Part shown: positions 1-12,599 of the stretch, one piece after another
How positions within the stretch are numbered: the stretch's first letter is position 1
Layout: each line of letters begins with the position of its first letter
NCBI GenBank assembly: GCA_951406725.2
Contig: OX597816.1
Span: forward strand, 17,794,001-17,858,000
Reading direction: 5' to 3'
Length of the DNA: 64,000 nt
Source: Octopus vulgaris
Taxonomy: Eukaryota
Translations under genes and position numbers: made by a program
The notes under the pieces: generated by a model
What the model was told of the DNA's origin: nothing
Databases searched by the model: none
Seen by the model: only the letters and a program-made list of their open reading frames with translations

Positions 1-237
1 CATCGGATCAAAGGGTTTCGTTGAAGAAACTGAACCCGGTATTTAGATTTTTTAAAATTTAAGGTTTGCTAATTATTTTACCGAACGCTTTTGCCGAACC
101 GCTAAGTTTAAAGCAAAGTGAATTGTCTTCTGCTGGGGCTGGGACAAACACAAGCACACACACTACGCATACATACTCACACACGTATAGACACACATGT
201 GTATGTATGTGTGTGTGTACATACATGTACATGTATG

Positions 238-281
<44 letters not shown>

Positions 282-291
282 CACATATACC

Positions 292-342
<51 letters not shown>

Positions 343-445
343 GCTTCTATACAGTTTCCTTCTACCAAATTTACTCATAAGGCATGGGCAGTGCAGAACT
401 ATAGTCGAAGGGACTTGCCTAAGTTGCAGCGCAGGGGAGCTGAAG
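1..445 (-). mobile_element. Degenerate tRNA-derived SINE (family A) with internal CA/TA microsatellite
   Basis: TTTTGCCGAACCGCTAAGTT and CAGTTTCCTTCTACCAAAT match the reverse complement of family A copies at 17359 and 31869. Confidence 0.7.
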
Positions 446-593
446 GTGTTACCTTTTTATTTACAAAGTAGTCTTTGGAGTAATAAAACACCAAATTTCT
501 TTTGTTTCATGCTTATAGAGTTTGAACCACCACGAAGAACGAGTAAGTTGATAGTTTATCGGTTAAAAGGAGAAAGAGAAAGAAAGGAGAGGC

Positions 594-653
<60 letters not shown>

Positions 654-659
<6 letters not shown>

Positions 660-1921
660 CTTGTCTTGGAAGTTCTGAGCGTTTTGTAAGATGCAAAAAT
701 GGATATAAATAACTGACCTTTTAATAACTTTTATTCAATGAAATACATTCCATTATTATTAATGACCTTTGCTCATCTATCAGGCAATTTAAATATTTCA
801 TCGACATAAAATTTTACTGTTTTTGAAGAAGAATAAAAGGTATCAAGATGCCTTTTGACTCCATCTATATCGTTTGCAATGAGTCCTGTACAGACAAAAA
901 ACAAGCAATATCTGGGGGATATGGTGGATGTGATAAGGGATCCCAACCATGTTCATGTAACTTTGGTCGGGTAGCCAAAGACACATGTAGTCTGGCATTG
1001 TCTAGATGGAACACTACCCCTTTACTTTTGGCAAACTCCTTCCTCAATTCTTTGATTTTTTTTTGTACAAATAAGCCAGCTGACGACAATACACTCAGAA
1101 TTAATGCTCTGGTTTTGTGGGAGAAGCTCATAATAAATAATGCCTTTATGATCCCACCAATAACAAAGCATAGTTTTTTTGGCATGGATATTCATCTTTG
1201 GTTGCTGTTATAGGGGGATCCTTACACAAACTCTGGGTTCTTTTTCGTATTATGTTTTCGTACACAATCCATTTTTCATCGCCAGCCACAAGTTGTTTAA
1301 AAAATGCATGCTTTCATTCTGTTTCAAAACCACATCGCAAACGGAATACCGGTCCAAGCAAATCTTTTCTGAGAGTTTGTGAGGGACCCATACATTATAG
1401 CGAGAAATGTACCCTAGATTCTCTAGGTGTTAATGAGCCGTACTTTTAGAAACTTCTAAATCGTCTACAAGTTCTCTGGTCGTGATATTTGAGTTTTCAT
1501 CGATTTTTGCCTTTAAAACATCTTCACCCAATTTTGAAGGTCTTCCACTGCGACTGTCATCTTCCAAGCTAAACTCTCCAGCTGGAAATTATGCATACGG
1601 CCTTGGAACATTTGATTCATCTACAGCATCATCACCATAAACTTTACAAATATTTTTGCAAGTCTTTGCAGCATTTTCTTTAAAAAAAAAAAACGAAAAA
1701 TATTACAACGCGAATATGAAATTTTTGTTATCCATTTCAAATGTCAATAAAGGGTAACCGTAATGAAAAATGAATCTATTTTATAGCCAGGAACAAAGAA
1801 GAGATGCAGTACCACTTCACGCAACGCCAAAGTTTTAACTGTGTTACATTTCAAGTGTGTTCAATGGAGCGTTAAAAGATTTAGCTTAAGAACGCTCGGA
1901 ACTTTCCGGACAATAAATAAA
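654..1921 (-). mobile_element. Full-length decayed mariner transposon
   Basis: Imperfect TIRs TTGTCTTGGAAGTTCTGAGCGTT / AACGCTCGGAACTTTCCGGACAA; about 1.27 kb; minus ORF 865-1185 has FHLDNARLH and LSHPPYPPDIA (mariner HDNARPH / HPPYSPDLAP); frameshifted. Confidence 0.9.
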
Positions 1922-1942
1922 TAAATATGTATATATATATAT

Positions 1943-2321
1943 TAGCTTCAAGGTTCATCCAAGACTGGGACCACGGGCCATACGTACCCTGCCCAATTCA
2001 AGATCACAGCATACATGTACACTGCAACATAATTTCTTTTCCTCAACAGGCCCTGCCCTATTTAACATTGTCCCGAAAGAGATCAAAGAGGAAAAGGATC
2101 CCATCAAATTTAAACGGAGTCTGGATAGATTCCTTCAAAGAATACCAGATAAGCCACCTATAAGTGGATACAACTCACCCAACAAAAACTCACTACTTGA
2201 ATGGACCATAAACAAAACTTGACTTAAACAGGATTCAAATAATCCTATCAGGTGGTGCTATTAAGTTAGACATGGCCTGGACCAATCTTTGGTCGAAACA
2301 TATCTAAGTTTATCTAAGTTT
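1943..2321 (+). mobile_element. 3' end of CR1/L2-like LINE
   Basis: Reads NFFSSTGPALFNIVPKEIKEEKDPIKFKRSLDRFLQRIPDKP..NSLLEW; 3' stem-loop and (TATCTAAGTT)x2 tail; same 3' end at 55303-55380. Confidence 0.75.
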
Positions 2322-2498
2322 ATACATATATATATATATATATATATTTTAAATTTTATTTATTAGGGAATAAAAATTCCAGCATCACAGGGGTTCAAAT
2401 TATTCTCAAAGAGGAAATAAATGTTATTTAGAGATAGTAGTCCCCATCATCACACCATATAAAATAATTTTAATTTAATACTTACTACTAATTTCTCT

Positions 2499-2590
2499 GC
2501 TACACGTGTTTCTTGAAGTTCTTTTACGGTTCCTTAAGCACGCAGTGTTTTACAGGAACATTTCTTAAAATGTAACCCCAATCATCAGGC
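2499..2590 (-). ncRNA. Type I hammerhead ribozyme-like motif, long stem II loop
   Basis: Minus strand GC-CTGATGA-TTGGGGTT...AACTTCAA-GAAAC-ACGT-GTA-GC; palindromic ACGT loop III; stem I only 2 bp. Confidence 0.55.
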
Positions 2591-2784
2591 CTCTAAATAA
2601 CGTTATCATAGTTCGATACCAAATACTATATTTTAATTTTAACAGATAAGTATGTGTATATATGTATTAAGTAAATACATTTGGAGGTTAAAGTCGAAAG
2701 AAATCAATTATGAATTAAAGTGGGATATAATAAGTAAAACGAAATCGTATGAAAGTGGAAATAGGTAATGTCTGCTATGTACCC

Positions 2785-2834
<50 letters not shown>

Positions 2835-3062
2835 CGCTAAAGTTTGCAGTCAGACCTTTCTTAGATAACATCCTACTTCAATTCTGGGATAAGTTAGACG
2901 GTGCTTTCCTCCATACAATATCTGGTGAAATATAAGGTTTTATCACACTTTTATCATTATTCTACTTGATTAGGACTAATCTGGAGCTAGATAACTCTCA
3001 AGTGCATTATTCGAAAACACTCTGTAATTCGTGTTCTCACCCTCGTTAGTAAAGTCAGAACA

Positions 3063-3432
3063 TTTCGTATCTCTATTTTCTGAGTTCAACATTTGTTGCC
3101 ACCGACTCTGTGTAGCAACAATCTACATAGACAAAAATAATATTGCTAATACGCAGACGTTTATCCAATCATCAACAATCTTGTCTTTAAAAATAATATG
3201 CTAAGTCAATAGATATCTCTACTGAACGAGCTAACTAGTAAATCTGTATGCGATCAGTTGACTTTAAAAAAGGTGGCAACCAAAATCATGTTTCCTTGGA
3301 ACCACAAGCTTTCTGTTCTACGATATCCAGTCGTTACAAAACCTTTGGTGATTTCCTTGTTAAGTCTTAGATATCTGTAATTTTCCTGAGCAGATACATA
3401 GCCAGTCCCTCGTTTTCTTCATTCAAATATAT
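3063..3432. repeat. Local direct duplication, copy 1 (about 360 bp)
   Basis: Highly similar to 4635-4986. Confidence 0.9.
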
Positions 3433-3649
3433 ATATATACCCTTCTGTATAATGAAATAAGGTACGGAATATGGGCGTTGATTGATCAGTAAATGTAGTC
3501 GCTTAGCTAGAGGACGTGAGTTCAGTTCACTGGTCAGTCAAATCACATATATTCTTGTTAAGATGAGAAGAAAATAGAATAATAATTTTATATCTGCAGT
3601 TATCGCGTCTATGTCTGTTCATGGATTTAGCATGACTTGATAAACTTTC

Positions 3650-4045
3650 TCCATACTGATTAGTTTTCCATTTGAGTCTGCCATTTATCATTATCAATTC
3701 TTTTCCATTCCATATTTCTTTTTGCAGTATCTTTGAATCTGTGTCTAGGTCTTACATTTTTTCTTTTCCCCTTTACATAACTGGGAACAAAAGACTTGTC
3801 TGAGGAGTCCGTTGTTGTCCATCCTATGTACACGATCCAACCAATATAAATTTCTAACAATGAAGATTTCTATCAGAAGAGGCAGAGCAGCACACTGTAT
3901 GGTCTCTTCATTCTTGATGTTGCTGAAGAGAATATTATTCATAATTTACCGCAGTTGTCACATCATATAAGCATATAACTTGTCTACTTTAGCTTTATAG
4001 ACTGTCCAGGTGTCAGCTCCATATAGCAGTGAAGAAACCACAATA
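3650..4045 (-). mobile_element. RTE-clade LINE ORF2 C-terminal fragment
   Basis: VVSSLLYGADTWTVY...WLDRVHRMDNNGLLRQV...RPRHRFKD with stops and frameshifts. Confidence 0.85.
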
Positions 4046-4634
4046 CCTTGGGATGTATTACATTATGATATATAATAGGATAATAAGTAATACGATAATA
4101 AGTAATAGTATAATAAGTAGTAGGAAAATATCTCTGGCACGGACTATAGAATTAGAAGAAGCTTTGTCTCTGGATTAAATACAATGTTCGTTATGAATTT
4201 TGAGAGCGTTTCCAAATGCGACAGATACCTGAAGACAACCGGAGGACAGTTTTGATTATAACAACTAAAGTATGTGACTACTCTGAATATGGCGGTGTAA
4301 AGTCGTGACAATTTCTCATCGTGATTTCCGGATTAAAGACAGACCCTCCAGCTAAACTAATGTATTACTATTTCATTATCTCTGGCTGCATCCGAGACGA
4401 AGACACAAATCAGAATGAGTCAGCGAATAATGCAATTATTGAACTTCGTTAAATAAATGAACAGCAGCCGCTTCCAAAACATTGGTCAAAACAGTTTCCA
4501 TTTAAATGGCTTTGTAAAACTTGCGAACATTAAAACTTCTCATTCTCATTGTTATTTTTATCGTATAAAACTTTTAGCGGGAGCAAAAAGATCCAGTATA
4601 GATTATTTGTATACAGACGGTAAATGATATTTAG

Positions 4635-4986
4635 TTTCGTATCTCTATTTTCTGAGTTCAACATTTGTTGCCACCGACTCTGTGTAGCAACAGTCTACAG
4701 AGACAAAAATAATATTCCTAATATGCAGACGTTTATCCAATTATCAACAATCTTATCTTTAAAAATAATATGCTTAGTCGATAGAAATCTCTACTGAACG
4801 TGATCAGTCGACTTTAAAAAAATGGCAACCAAAATCATGTTTCCTTGGAACCACAAGCTTTCTGTCCTACGATATCCAGTCGTTACAAAACCCTTGATGA
4901 TTTCCTTGTTAAGTCTTAGATATTTGTCTTGTAATTTTCCTGAGGGGATATATAGCCAGTCCCTCGTTTTCTTCATTCAAATATAT
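4635..4986. repeat. Local direct duplication, copy 2
   Basis: Highly similar to 3063-3432. Confidence 0.9.
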
Positions 4987-6102
4987 TTTTGCACGGAACA
5001 ATTTGATGGCTACATTCAGTTATATTTGTCACATCTGTTTCGTTGTGCATTTATACCGCAAGGAGTATTTTGTTCATCATTCTAAAACTCCTATTGACCA
5101 GGACTGGTAATATATGTCAACGACTCTGAAGAATGAAAGGTAAATTTAAGTCAGTCAGTCACCGGTTGACACTCGCTGACGATACATCGAAGAGGCCAGG
5201 GAACAGAAGAAAGAAGAAGAAAGAAGACATGCACCCAACAGCAGAGCTGAAGACACCTCCGAAAGCGGGGGGGGGGCGCCACGTCAAAACGGTAGAGGAC
5301 TAGGGGCCGAAACCGGACGTGGTTCCTCCTGATGATGTCTTGAGCTAACTGGATCTTATAAAGGAGCTGTTGTGGTAGCAGACCACGAAACACGGTTGTA
5401 ATTCCTCCTTTGAACCCAGAACCAAAAAAAAAGAAAAAAAAAAAACTGGAACAAAGAGTCGTTTGCTATTTAGTCTTGTGTTCTAATGCTTCTGACAACT
5501 ATTCACCTTAAGCGCCGCAATCTACTGTCTTAGACAAGGAAGGTCACATTGGATAATATAATAAATGTATATAAAATATGGTTGAATAAACGATAGGATG
5601 GTAGAAATTCAAATATATGCACTACGTTATAGGTTTGTTCAATACGGTTTAGCCTGAGGCTAAACAACAACAGCATTCAAAACATTATTTTTAGGAATAT
5701 AGTTAATGTACATCTCGAATGTGGCAACACGGAAATTATGTAAAAGAGAATTGTTGCAAAAAATTGAACTGCCTGGAGTTTAGCTGCTGACATTAGCTGA
5801 TCTTTTTATCTCAAAGACTGTATCACTAGTTTCGTTGGTCTGTCTGGTAAATTTTAAGTTTACAAAATAGACGATTCATGGCAACTAGCCACAACCTGAG
5901 AAAAACACCAACCAAAAATTATTATTTACAATGAAGAAATCAATGCGACATTTCAAATTTATATATCGAATATAAAAGGAGCTTCTGCTATATATTTGTG
6001 CTAGCTACATGCAAATATAATTGGCCGCAATTCTAACTGCACTCACACACACATACATATATGTATATGTGTATGTGTGTGTATGTATGTATATATATAC
6101 AA

Positions 6103-6153
<51 letters not shown>

Positions 6154-6472
6154 CACTTCAAAAATATAGGATAAACAGAATAAATTGTTATTTATATCTT
6201 GCCCATGAACAATAAGTAGTGGCCCACATTTGCCCTTTGGCGTTTAGAGGTAACAATCAATAAGCGGTCAGCGCTGTTGACCCTTTTACTGGAAGCCGTA
6301 TAGATTAAACAGATCTAATTCTGAAGTGTATAGACGCCTAAAGCGACTTTGAGAACACATACAAGCAGCTATTTCGTTTCAATAACATTTAAAGTATTAC
6401 TATTAATATACGCATACATATACAAACACCCCCACACAATAAACATATATATATATTTCATATATATACATG

Positions 6473-6568
<96 letters not shown>

Positions 6569-7004
6569 TGTAGATATCTTGCAGAAAGGTAGGTAATTAT
6601 CGAAGAAAACTTATGAAAGGCAGTGTCAATAAACGTAAACGAAAAGAGAAATATATCGTAATATAAACTAACATTGATTGTTTAATTATCGTATGAATAT
6701 TTCGGGAAAAATTCCCCTTTTCAAAAATAAACTCCAATAACAAAGCATTTCTCCGAATATTTTCTTTCTTCTATTTGAAAGGGGAACATATTGCTCTAAG
6801 TAATTTCAGATCATTAAAAAATCTATGGAAAGTATTTATTATATCCTTTGTCCTTTGTTTTCCTTTAATGACATCATTTTATATATCTTGTTTAATTTTC
6901 TCATTTTCTTTGGCCAAATATGTTTGTAACTGTCTATTTCAGTTACATTTACTACAGTTCATCAAGTAAATTATAATACACTTTCATATATACATATATA
7001 CACA

Positions 7005-7265
7005 CATCATAGCTGCACCCACGTTACACGAGGACCGCCATTGCCAAGAAGACATACTGAAATGATTAATTATTGTTGCCATGTGATTCCCTTATGACTT
7101 TTAAGCCCAGCCAAGCTTTTACACATTTTATTACTTTCTAGACAACTGTGCTGGCTGGCAGGAGAAACAGGTGCCACCATATGCACTCTCTTAACATGTC
7201 CTTTTAGACCTCCAACTGAGAGGCACACCCTTCCACATTTTACACATGTTCTGCTGTGAATTTTT
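7005..7265 (-). mobile_element. RTE-like LINE 3' end with C2H2-like fingers
   Basis: TCVKCGRVCLSVGGLKGHVKRVH and MCKSLAGLKSH. Confidence 0.65.
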
Positions 7266-7299
7266 GATAGATATACATACATGTATATATATATATATA

Positions 7300-7521
7300 T
7301 TGATAAAAATGATAAAACAACAAAAGAATGGAAGAGACCTCGATATTATGTAAATCGAGGAATTTATCTGTAAATGTAATATGTGACAATTATTCGGTAG
7401 CAATTATTCTGTTATTCGGTGGCCGGATAACTGAAGAGATGGCGGCGTGGATTTGTATCCCGGCATCCGAAACTCGGAGTTTTATCATGGCTACCGAATA
7501 ATTGTCACATATTACATTTAC
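7300..7521 (+). mobile_element. Short fold-back HHR element (family H1) between TA repeats
   Basis: 32-bp inverted repeat GTAAATGTAATATGTGACAATTATTCGGTAGC at 7370-7401 / 7490-7521; homologous to 39078-39300 and 55420-55635. Confidence 0.75.
7422..7491 (+). ncRNA. Type I hammerhead ribozyme motif
   Basis: GATAA-CTGAAGA-GATG...CATC-C-GAAAC-TCGGA-GTT-TTATC; stems I, II and III all pair. Confidence 0.7.
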
Positions 7522-7572
7522 TTATATATATACGCACATATAAATACACAGACACACATGCACACACACGTT

Positions 7573-7632
<60 letters not shown>

Positions 7633-8617
7633 CATATACGTAGTACACATATACATATGTATGGTTGTATCCAAGTATAAATATAGAAAATATGGATTCA
7701 GACACGAACATCAAGTAGCAATGTGTTCCTGTGTATTGTATTCTACAACTAATATGTTTGGGTTCTTATTATATTTCTTCTATAAATGTTGTATCGTATT
7801 TTCTTATAAATTCCTTAGCGTTTGGAACACACGCTCAATTTTGCACGGTTTCTCTTGATCACATGTTCTATTTAATCTGTAATCGACTTTATTAATCTTA
7901 TACTAAGGGAATCTGTTACCTGTTAGCAGCAGCTGAAGTACCTGATGCATGGTTATTTAATTCTTCGAGCTCAAAACATAACGAAAATGCCCGCAGAGAA
8001 TTTCAAGTTCCAATCAATGCATTGTTGCATCGCAAATATTCTTGGCAATTTCACCTTACTCAGATAACATATATGCAGATTATATTATTGGAAAAAAAAT
8101 ATGCAGATTGTGTTACAGTATATTATATCACAAGAAAATAAAATATTTTTAGTGATATTGTAGCACCAACATCACCCTTCGAACAAATTTAGCTATAACA
8201 TGAAAAAAGGAAAATTTAAATAATCACACTGCCTCCCGTACAGTTTGGCGATTGCCCTATCGGAAAATACTTTTACTAAAATGTAATTCCATTGTTTTAT
8301 AATTTTTATTTTTTACTTTCATTTTCGTTTTCATTTGATGTTCAACACACGAACACTTCGACATTTTAAATTTATTGTAACCGCTAACATATTGCATTCG
8401 CTCATAAATATGAGGCTTATTCATGTTTTACAGAAGTTCTGGAAGTGTGCCATAGTACGAGGTGACGAAGAAAGAAAGAAAGAAAAACTCAGCCATGGCA
8501 TTTGAAGCTTTGAAATTTTGAAATACTTGTAGTAATAAAAACATACCTGAAAAAGTAATCAAATATCTGAAGACAGCTACATTGTATTTTTACGCACCCA
8601 ATGTGAGAAAAATCGGC

Positions 8618-8663
<46 letters not shown>

Positions 8664-8664
<1 letters not shown>

Positions 8665-8968
8665 GGCCCAGCGGTTAGGGCAACGGACTCGCGGTCGGAG
8701 GATCGCAGTTTCGATTCCCAGACCGGGCGTTGTGTGTGTTTACTGAGCGAAAACACCTAAAAGCTCCACGAAGCTCCGGCAGGGAATGGTGGAGATCCCT
8801 GCTGTACTCTTTCGCCCCAACTTTCTCTCACTCTTTCTTCCTGTTTCTTGAGTAACGCTGCGATGGAGTGGCGTCTCGTCCAGCCGGGGGGAACACATAC
8901 GCCACAGAAACCGGGAAACCGGGCCCATGAGCCTGGCAAGGTTTGTAAAGGGCGCATAAACAAAAAAA
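8664..8968 (+). mobile_element. tRNA-derived SINE, family C head with alternative 3' tail, inside (ATT)n
   Basis: tRNA-like head with B-box-like GTTTCGATTCC as in 16797 copy; diverges after CTTCCTGTTTCT. Confidence 0.85.
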
Positions 8969-9052
8969 TTAATATTATTATTATTATTATTATTATTATC
9001 ATTATTATTATTATCGTTATTATTATTATTATCATCATTATTATTATTATCA

Positions 9053-9101
<49 letters not shown>

Positions 9102-9142
9102 CATCATTATCATTATTATCATTATTATTATTATTATTATTA

Positions 9143-9193
<51 letters not shown>
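8969..9193. repeat. (ATT/ATC)n microsatellite
   Basis: Direct; source of the poly-Ile ORFs. Confidence 0.97.
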
Positions 9194-9194
<1 letters not shown>

Positions 9195-9495
9195 GTTTTA
9201 CTTCTCAGCTCTCTCGATCTTACTTCTTCTGGTTAGTTGTGTGAGAGGAGAAAGCATCTTATTGTCAAATGTTTCACAGGATATCTTTCCAGAAATTATA
9301 AAACTTGGTACTCAGGTGTTAACTTTCCTTGGAAGATAATCTTCATCCAAAATCCTTGCTGTCTTCAACAGAGAAGTGTTTTGGGCATACTCTACCCTCA
9401 TATCAATTCCAATTTCTCCAACGTATTTCTCGAAATTGCTTCTTATTGCTCCGAGTGCCCTGGAACTACTGGAATGACAGTTATTCCTTCTTCCC
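9194..9495 (-). mobile_element. R4/Dong-like (RLE) LINE 3' end ending in (TAA)n
   Basis: Minus strand VIPVV then ALGAIRSNFEKYVGEIGIDMRVEYAQNTSLLKTARIL, resembling VIPVVIGALG...LQKxALLGTARIL. Confidence 0.75.
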
Positions 9496-9516
9496 CTACA
9501 ACTCTTAGGTTGATAA

Positions 9517-9961
9517 GGAGTGACTGTGTGGTAAGTAGCTTGCTTACGAACCACATGGTTTGGGGTTCAGTCCCACTGTATGGCACCTTGGGTAAGTGTC
9601 TTCTACTATAGCCTCCAGCCGACCAAAGCCTTGTGAGTGGATTTGGTAGACGGAAACTGAAAGAAGCCCGTCCTGTATATGAATATATATATATATGTGT
9701 GTGTGTGTGTGTATGTGTGTGTCTGTGTGTGTGTATGTGTGTGTCTGTGTGTGTGAATGTGTGTGTGTGTATACGTTTGTGTCTGTGTTTGTCCCCCCCC
9801 CAGCATCGCTTGACAAACGATGCTGGTGTGTTTACGTCTTCGTAACTTAGCGATTCGGCAAAAGAGTCGATAGAATAAAAGTACTAGGCTTACAAAGAAT
9901 AAGTCCTGGAGTCGATTTGCTCGATTAAAGGTTGTGCTTCAGCATGGCCACGGTCAAATGA
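9517..9961 (+). mobile_element. tRNA-derived SINE family A with internal TG microsatellite
   Basis: Head TGACTGTGTGGTAAG...GGTTCAGTCCC, CORE-like CACCTTGGGTAAGTG, tail CAGCATGGCCACGGTCAAATG. Confidence 0.9.
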
Positions 9962-9989
9962 GTCGATAGAATAAAAGTACTAGGCTTTT

Positions 9990-10652
9990 GTTGTGTTACT
10001 GCATGTATTGTGTGTTGAGTGTGTAATGCTTTGGTTTCCTAGCTTGTTGTTGGAAGTTTATTTTCATTGGATAAATGCTGTATAGAGTGTGTCTTGTATT
10101 TGTCGGGCATTTTGTTTAGGCTGTATCATTGGATTGATAGTGTCTTGCGTAGGGTGTGGGCTATTACTAGCAGGGCTATTTCTTGGACAGTGTAAAGTAT
10201 TGAGGATGAAGGTATAGTTTACTTCAATTACGAGGTCTTTGTACTTTGACGATTTCTCAACTTCTTTTTTGACAATATTTTGATCAGAAGGGCCTGCTAT
10301 GTCTGTCAGTAAGTTGGTGTTTTTTTCCCCAATCCTTGACTGTTCTGTGTGGGTGACTAATTTGTATTTCTTTGTCGATTTGAACCGGCATATCCCGGAT
10401 GATGGATATAATTGATCAGAAGGGCCTGCTATGTCTGTCAGTAAGTTGGTGTTTTTTCCCTAATCCATGACTTTTATGTCTGGGCGACTAGCTTTTATAT
10501 CTTTTTCGATTTGAACCCGCATATCCCAGATGATTGTGGCCTCGTCGTTGTCTTGTACTTTGCTTGGTACATGCATATACCACCTGTTGCCAGTTTAGAT
10601 GTTGCAATTTTGGCTATCGTCCAGTGAATATAACTGCTTACATTTCATATCA
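9990..10652 (-). mobile_element. R4/Dong-like LINE RLE endonuclease fragment with internal 132-bp tandem duplication
   Basis: WYMHVPSKVQDNDEATIIWDMRVQIEKDIKASRPDI...LLTDIAGPSDQNIVKKEVEKSSKYKDL; duplicate units start at 10281 and 10413. Confidence 0.85.
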
Positions 10653-10693
10653 TAATAATAATAAAGATGATGATGATGATGATGATGATGATG

Positions 10694-10734
<41 letters not shown>

Positions 10735-10755
10735 TATTATTATTATTATTATTAT
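10652..10755. repeat. Compound (GAT)n(AAT)n(TAT)n microsatellite
   Basis: Direct. Confidence 0.95.
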
Positions 10756-11364
10756 GTAATGTTGACGAATACTTGACATTCATAGACAGTAGGAGTGTTA
10801 TATATGTGTTGTCCATGTGCAGCAGACAGAGGCTCGCATTTGTCCATTTCATGTTTTGAGGCGTCAATCAATAAGTGGTGGACGCTGCTGACTCTTTAAA
10901 CTTGAAAACATGCAACAGTTTTAGCTTTAAAGTACAGAGCTGCGCAAGTCAATTCTGAGTCGCCATACACGCAGCAATTCCATTTCAATAACATTTAAAG
11001 TATTACGATTAATATACACGCACGTACACGCTCGTATATAAGTATGAATACGAGTCGGTTTGAATAGTTTAGTGCAATTTAAGGCAATACACTTTGGCAT
11101 TACACTTAAGGTATTATACTTTGGAATTAGATGTTCCAAACTTCCAGATTGCTCGTTAAACCAGTTATATTCATATACATCATAATTTGTTGCTCCTCCT
11201 TTTTGAGTTAAGGATAAAACATCCAAAGTACTGTTTATAAAATTACTAGAAATAATAGATTCTACAATGTATGAAGACCTTCATTCAGTGAATCTCTTTA
11301 ATGCTTACGCATCAAGTGGATAAACACTTCATCACCTTAATATATATATAAGTTGAATAATGAT

Positions 11365-11710
11365 GGCATTTCGTCGGTTACGACGACGAGTGTTCTAGTT
11401 GATCCATTCAACGGAACAGCCTGCTCTAGAAATTAACGTTCACGTGGCAGGGCACTCCACAGATACATATACCCCTAACGCAGTTCTCGGGGGAGATTCA
11501 GCGTGACACAGAGTGTGACAAGGTTGCCCCCCCCCCCCCCTTGAACTATAGGTACACACAGAAACAGGAAGAAAGAGTGTGAGAAAGTTCACCACCACCC
11601 ACTGCCGGAGCCTCGTGGAGCTTTAGGTGTTTTCGCTTAATAAACACTCACAACACCCGGTCTGGGATTCGAAACCGCGATATTAAAACTGAGCCATTGC
11701 GCCTCCACTG
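11365..11710 (-). mobile_element. SINE family C, deleted copy
   Basis: Reverse complement of 16797-17181 with internal deletions. Confidence 0.85.
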
Positions 11711-12201
11711 TAAGCTGAATGTTGAAAATAGAATAAATAGAAACATTATTGTTCCGGAATATCTCTCGTCAAAAAAATAAATAATCAACTAAAATTTCGC
11801 TAGTTGATTTTAGTCCAAAATTTGCAGCTGATGTATAAGCAGAAATTTGAAATAGAAAAGAGGAACAAACCCATTGTCGTCAATAAAACCGAATATTCAT
11901 AGTTTGTCGTGATGGATTAGGCCAGAGAACGCTTGACATTATTTCATTAGAAAGATATATTTAAGTTAAGCTGAAGCTAATTCTGGTGCAGATCATACTA
12001 AAATTTCCATTGATACAAAGTCGAATTAAAGACTGATTTTATAATCTTCCAAATGACTAAGATTATCGAAGTGGCCTAATTAATGTTAAAGTAAAATAAT
12101 AATGGAAAGAAGATAATGAAATAGTAATAATAAAGGTGTAGTATATGTGTTGAGTTAATTTCGAAATTTTATCGAACCGTTCTATTATTTCTTGGTAGCA
12201 T

Positions 12202-12410
12202 AAGGCGACGAGCTGGCCGAATCATTTGCCCGCTGGGCGAAATGCTTAGCGGTATCTCGTTACGTTCTGAGTTCAAATTCCGCCGAGGTCGACTTCGCCT
12301 TTCATCCTTTCGGGGTCGATTAAATAAGAACTAGTTACGCATTGGAGTCGATGTAATCGACTTAATCCCCTCCCTCTAGTTGCCCTTATGGTAAAAATAT
12401 GTAATCATTA
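12202..12410 (+). mobile_element. tRNA-derived SINE family B
   Basis: GAGTTCAAATTCCGCCGAGGTCGAC..CCTTTCATCCTTTCGGGGTCGAT. Confidence 0.85.
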
Positions 12411-12599
12411 TTATTTGATAGCATAAAAGACACAGGAGGCTATTAGACGCAACTGTATTTCAGCAGCGCAATTTTAGGAAACATTTTTTGACTGCATTGA
12501 ATCATGCAATATTCAAAATAAGTTCTTATCTAGGACCCAGGGTGACTTTTTGTGAATATTTTTGGACATGAGGTCTAGCCTAAAAACATCAGGATTATT

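Noticed and set aside
5170-5450. GC-rich, A-tailed segment with CTGAAGA/CTGATGA...GAAAC pairs
   Set aside because: Stems I and II do not pair convincingly; may be a decayed retro-fragment but HHR is not supportable
6690-6790. TTGAAAA-GGGGAA/TTTCCC-GAAAT relic
   Set aside because: At least three core mismatches in AT-rich DNA; could be chance
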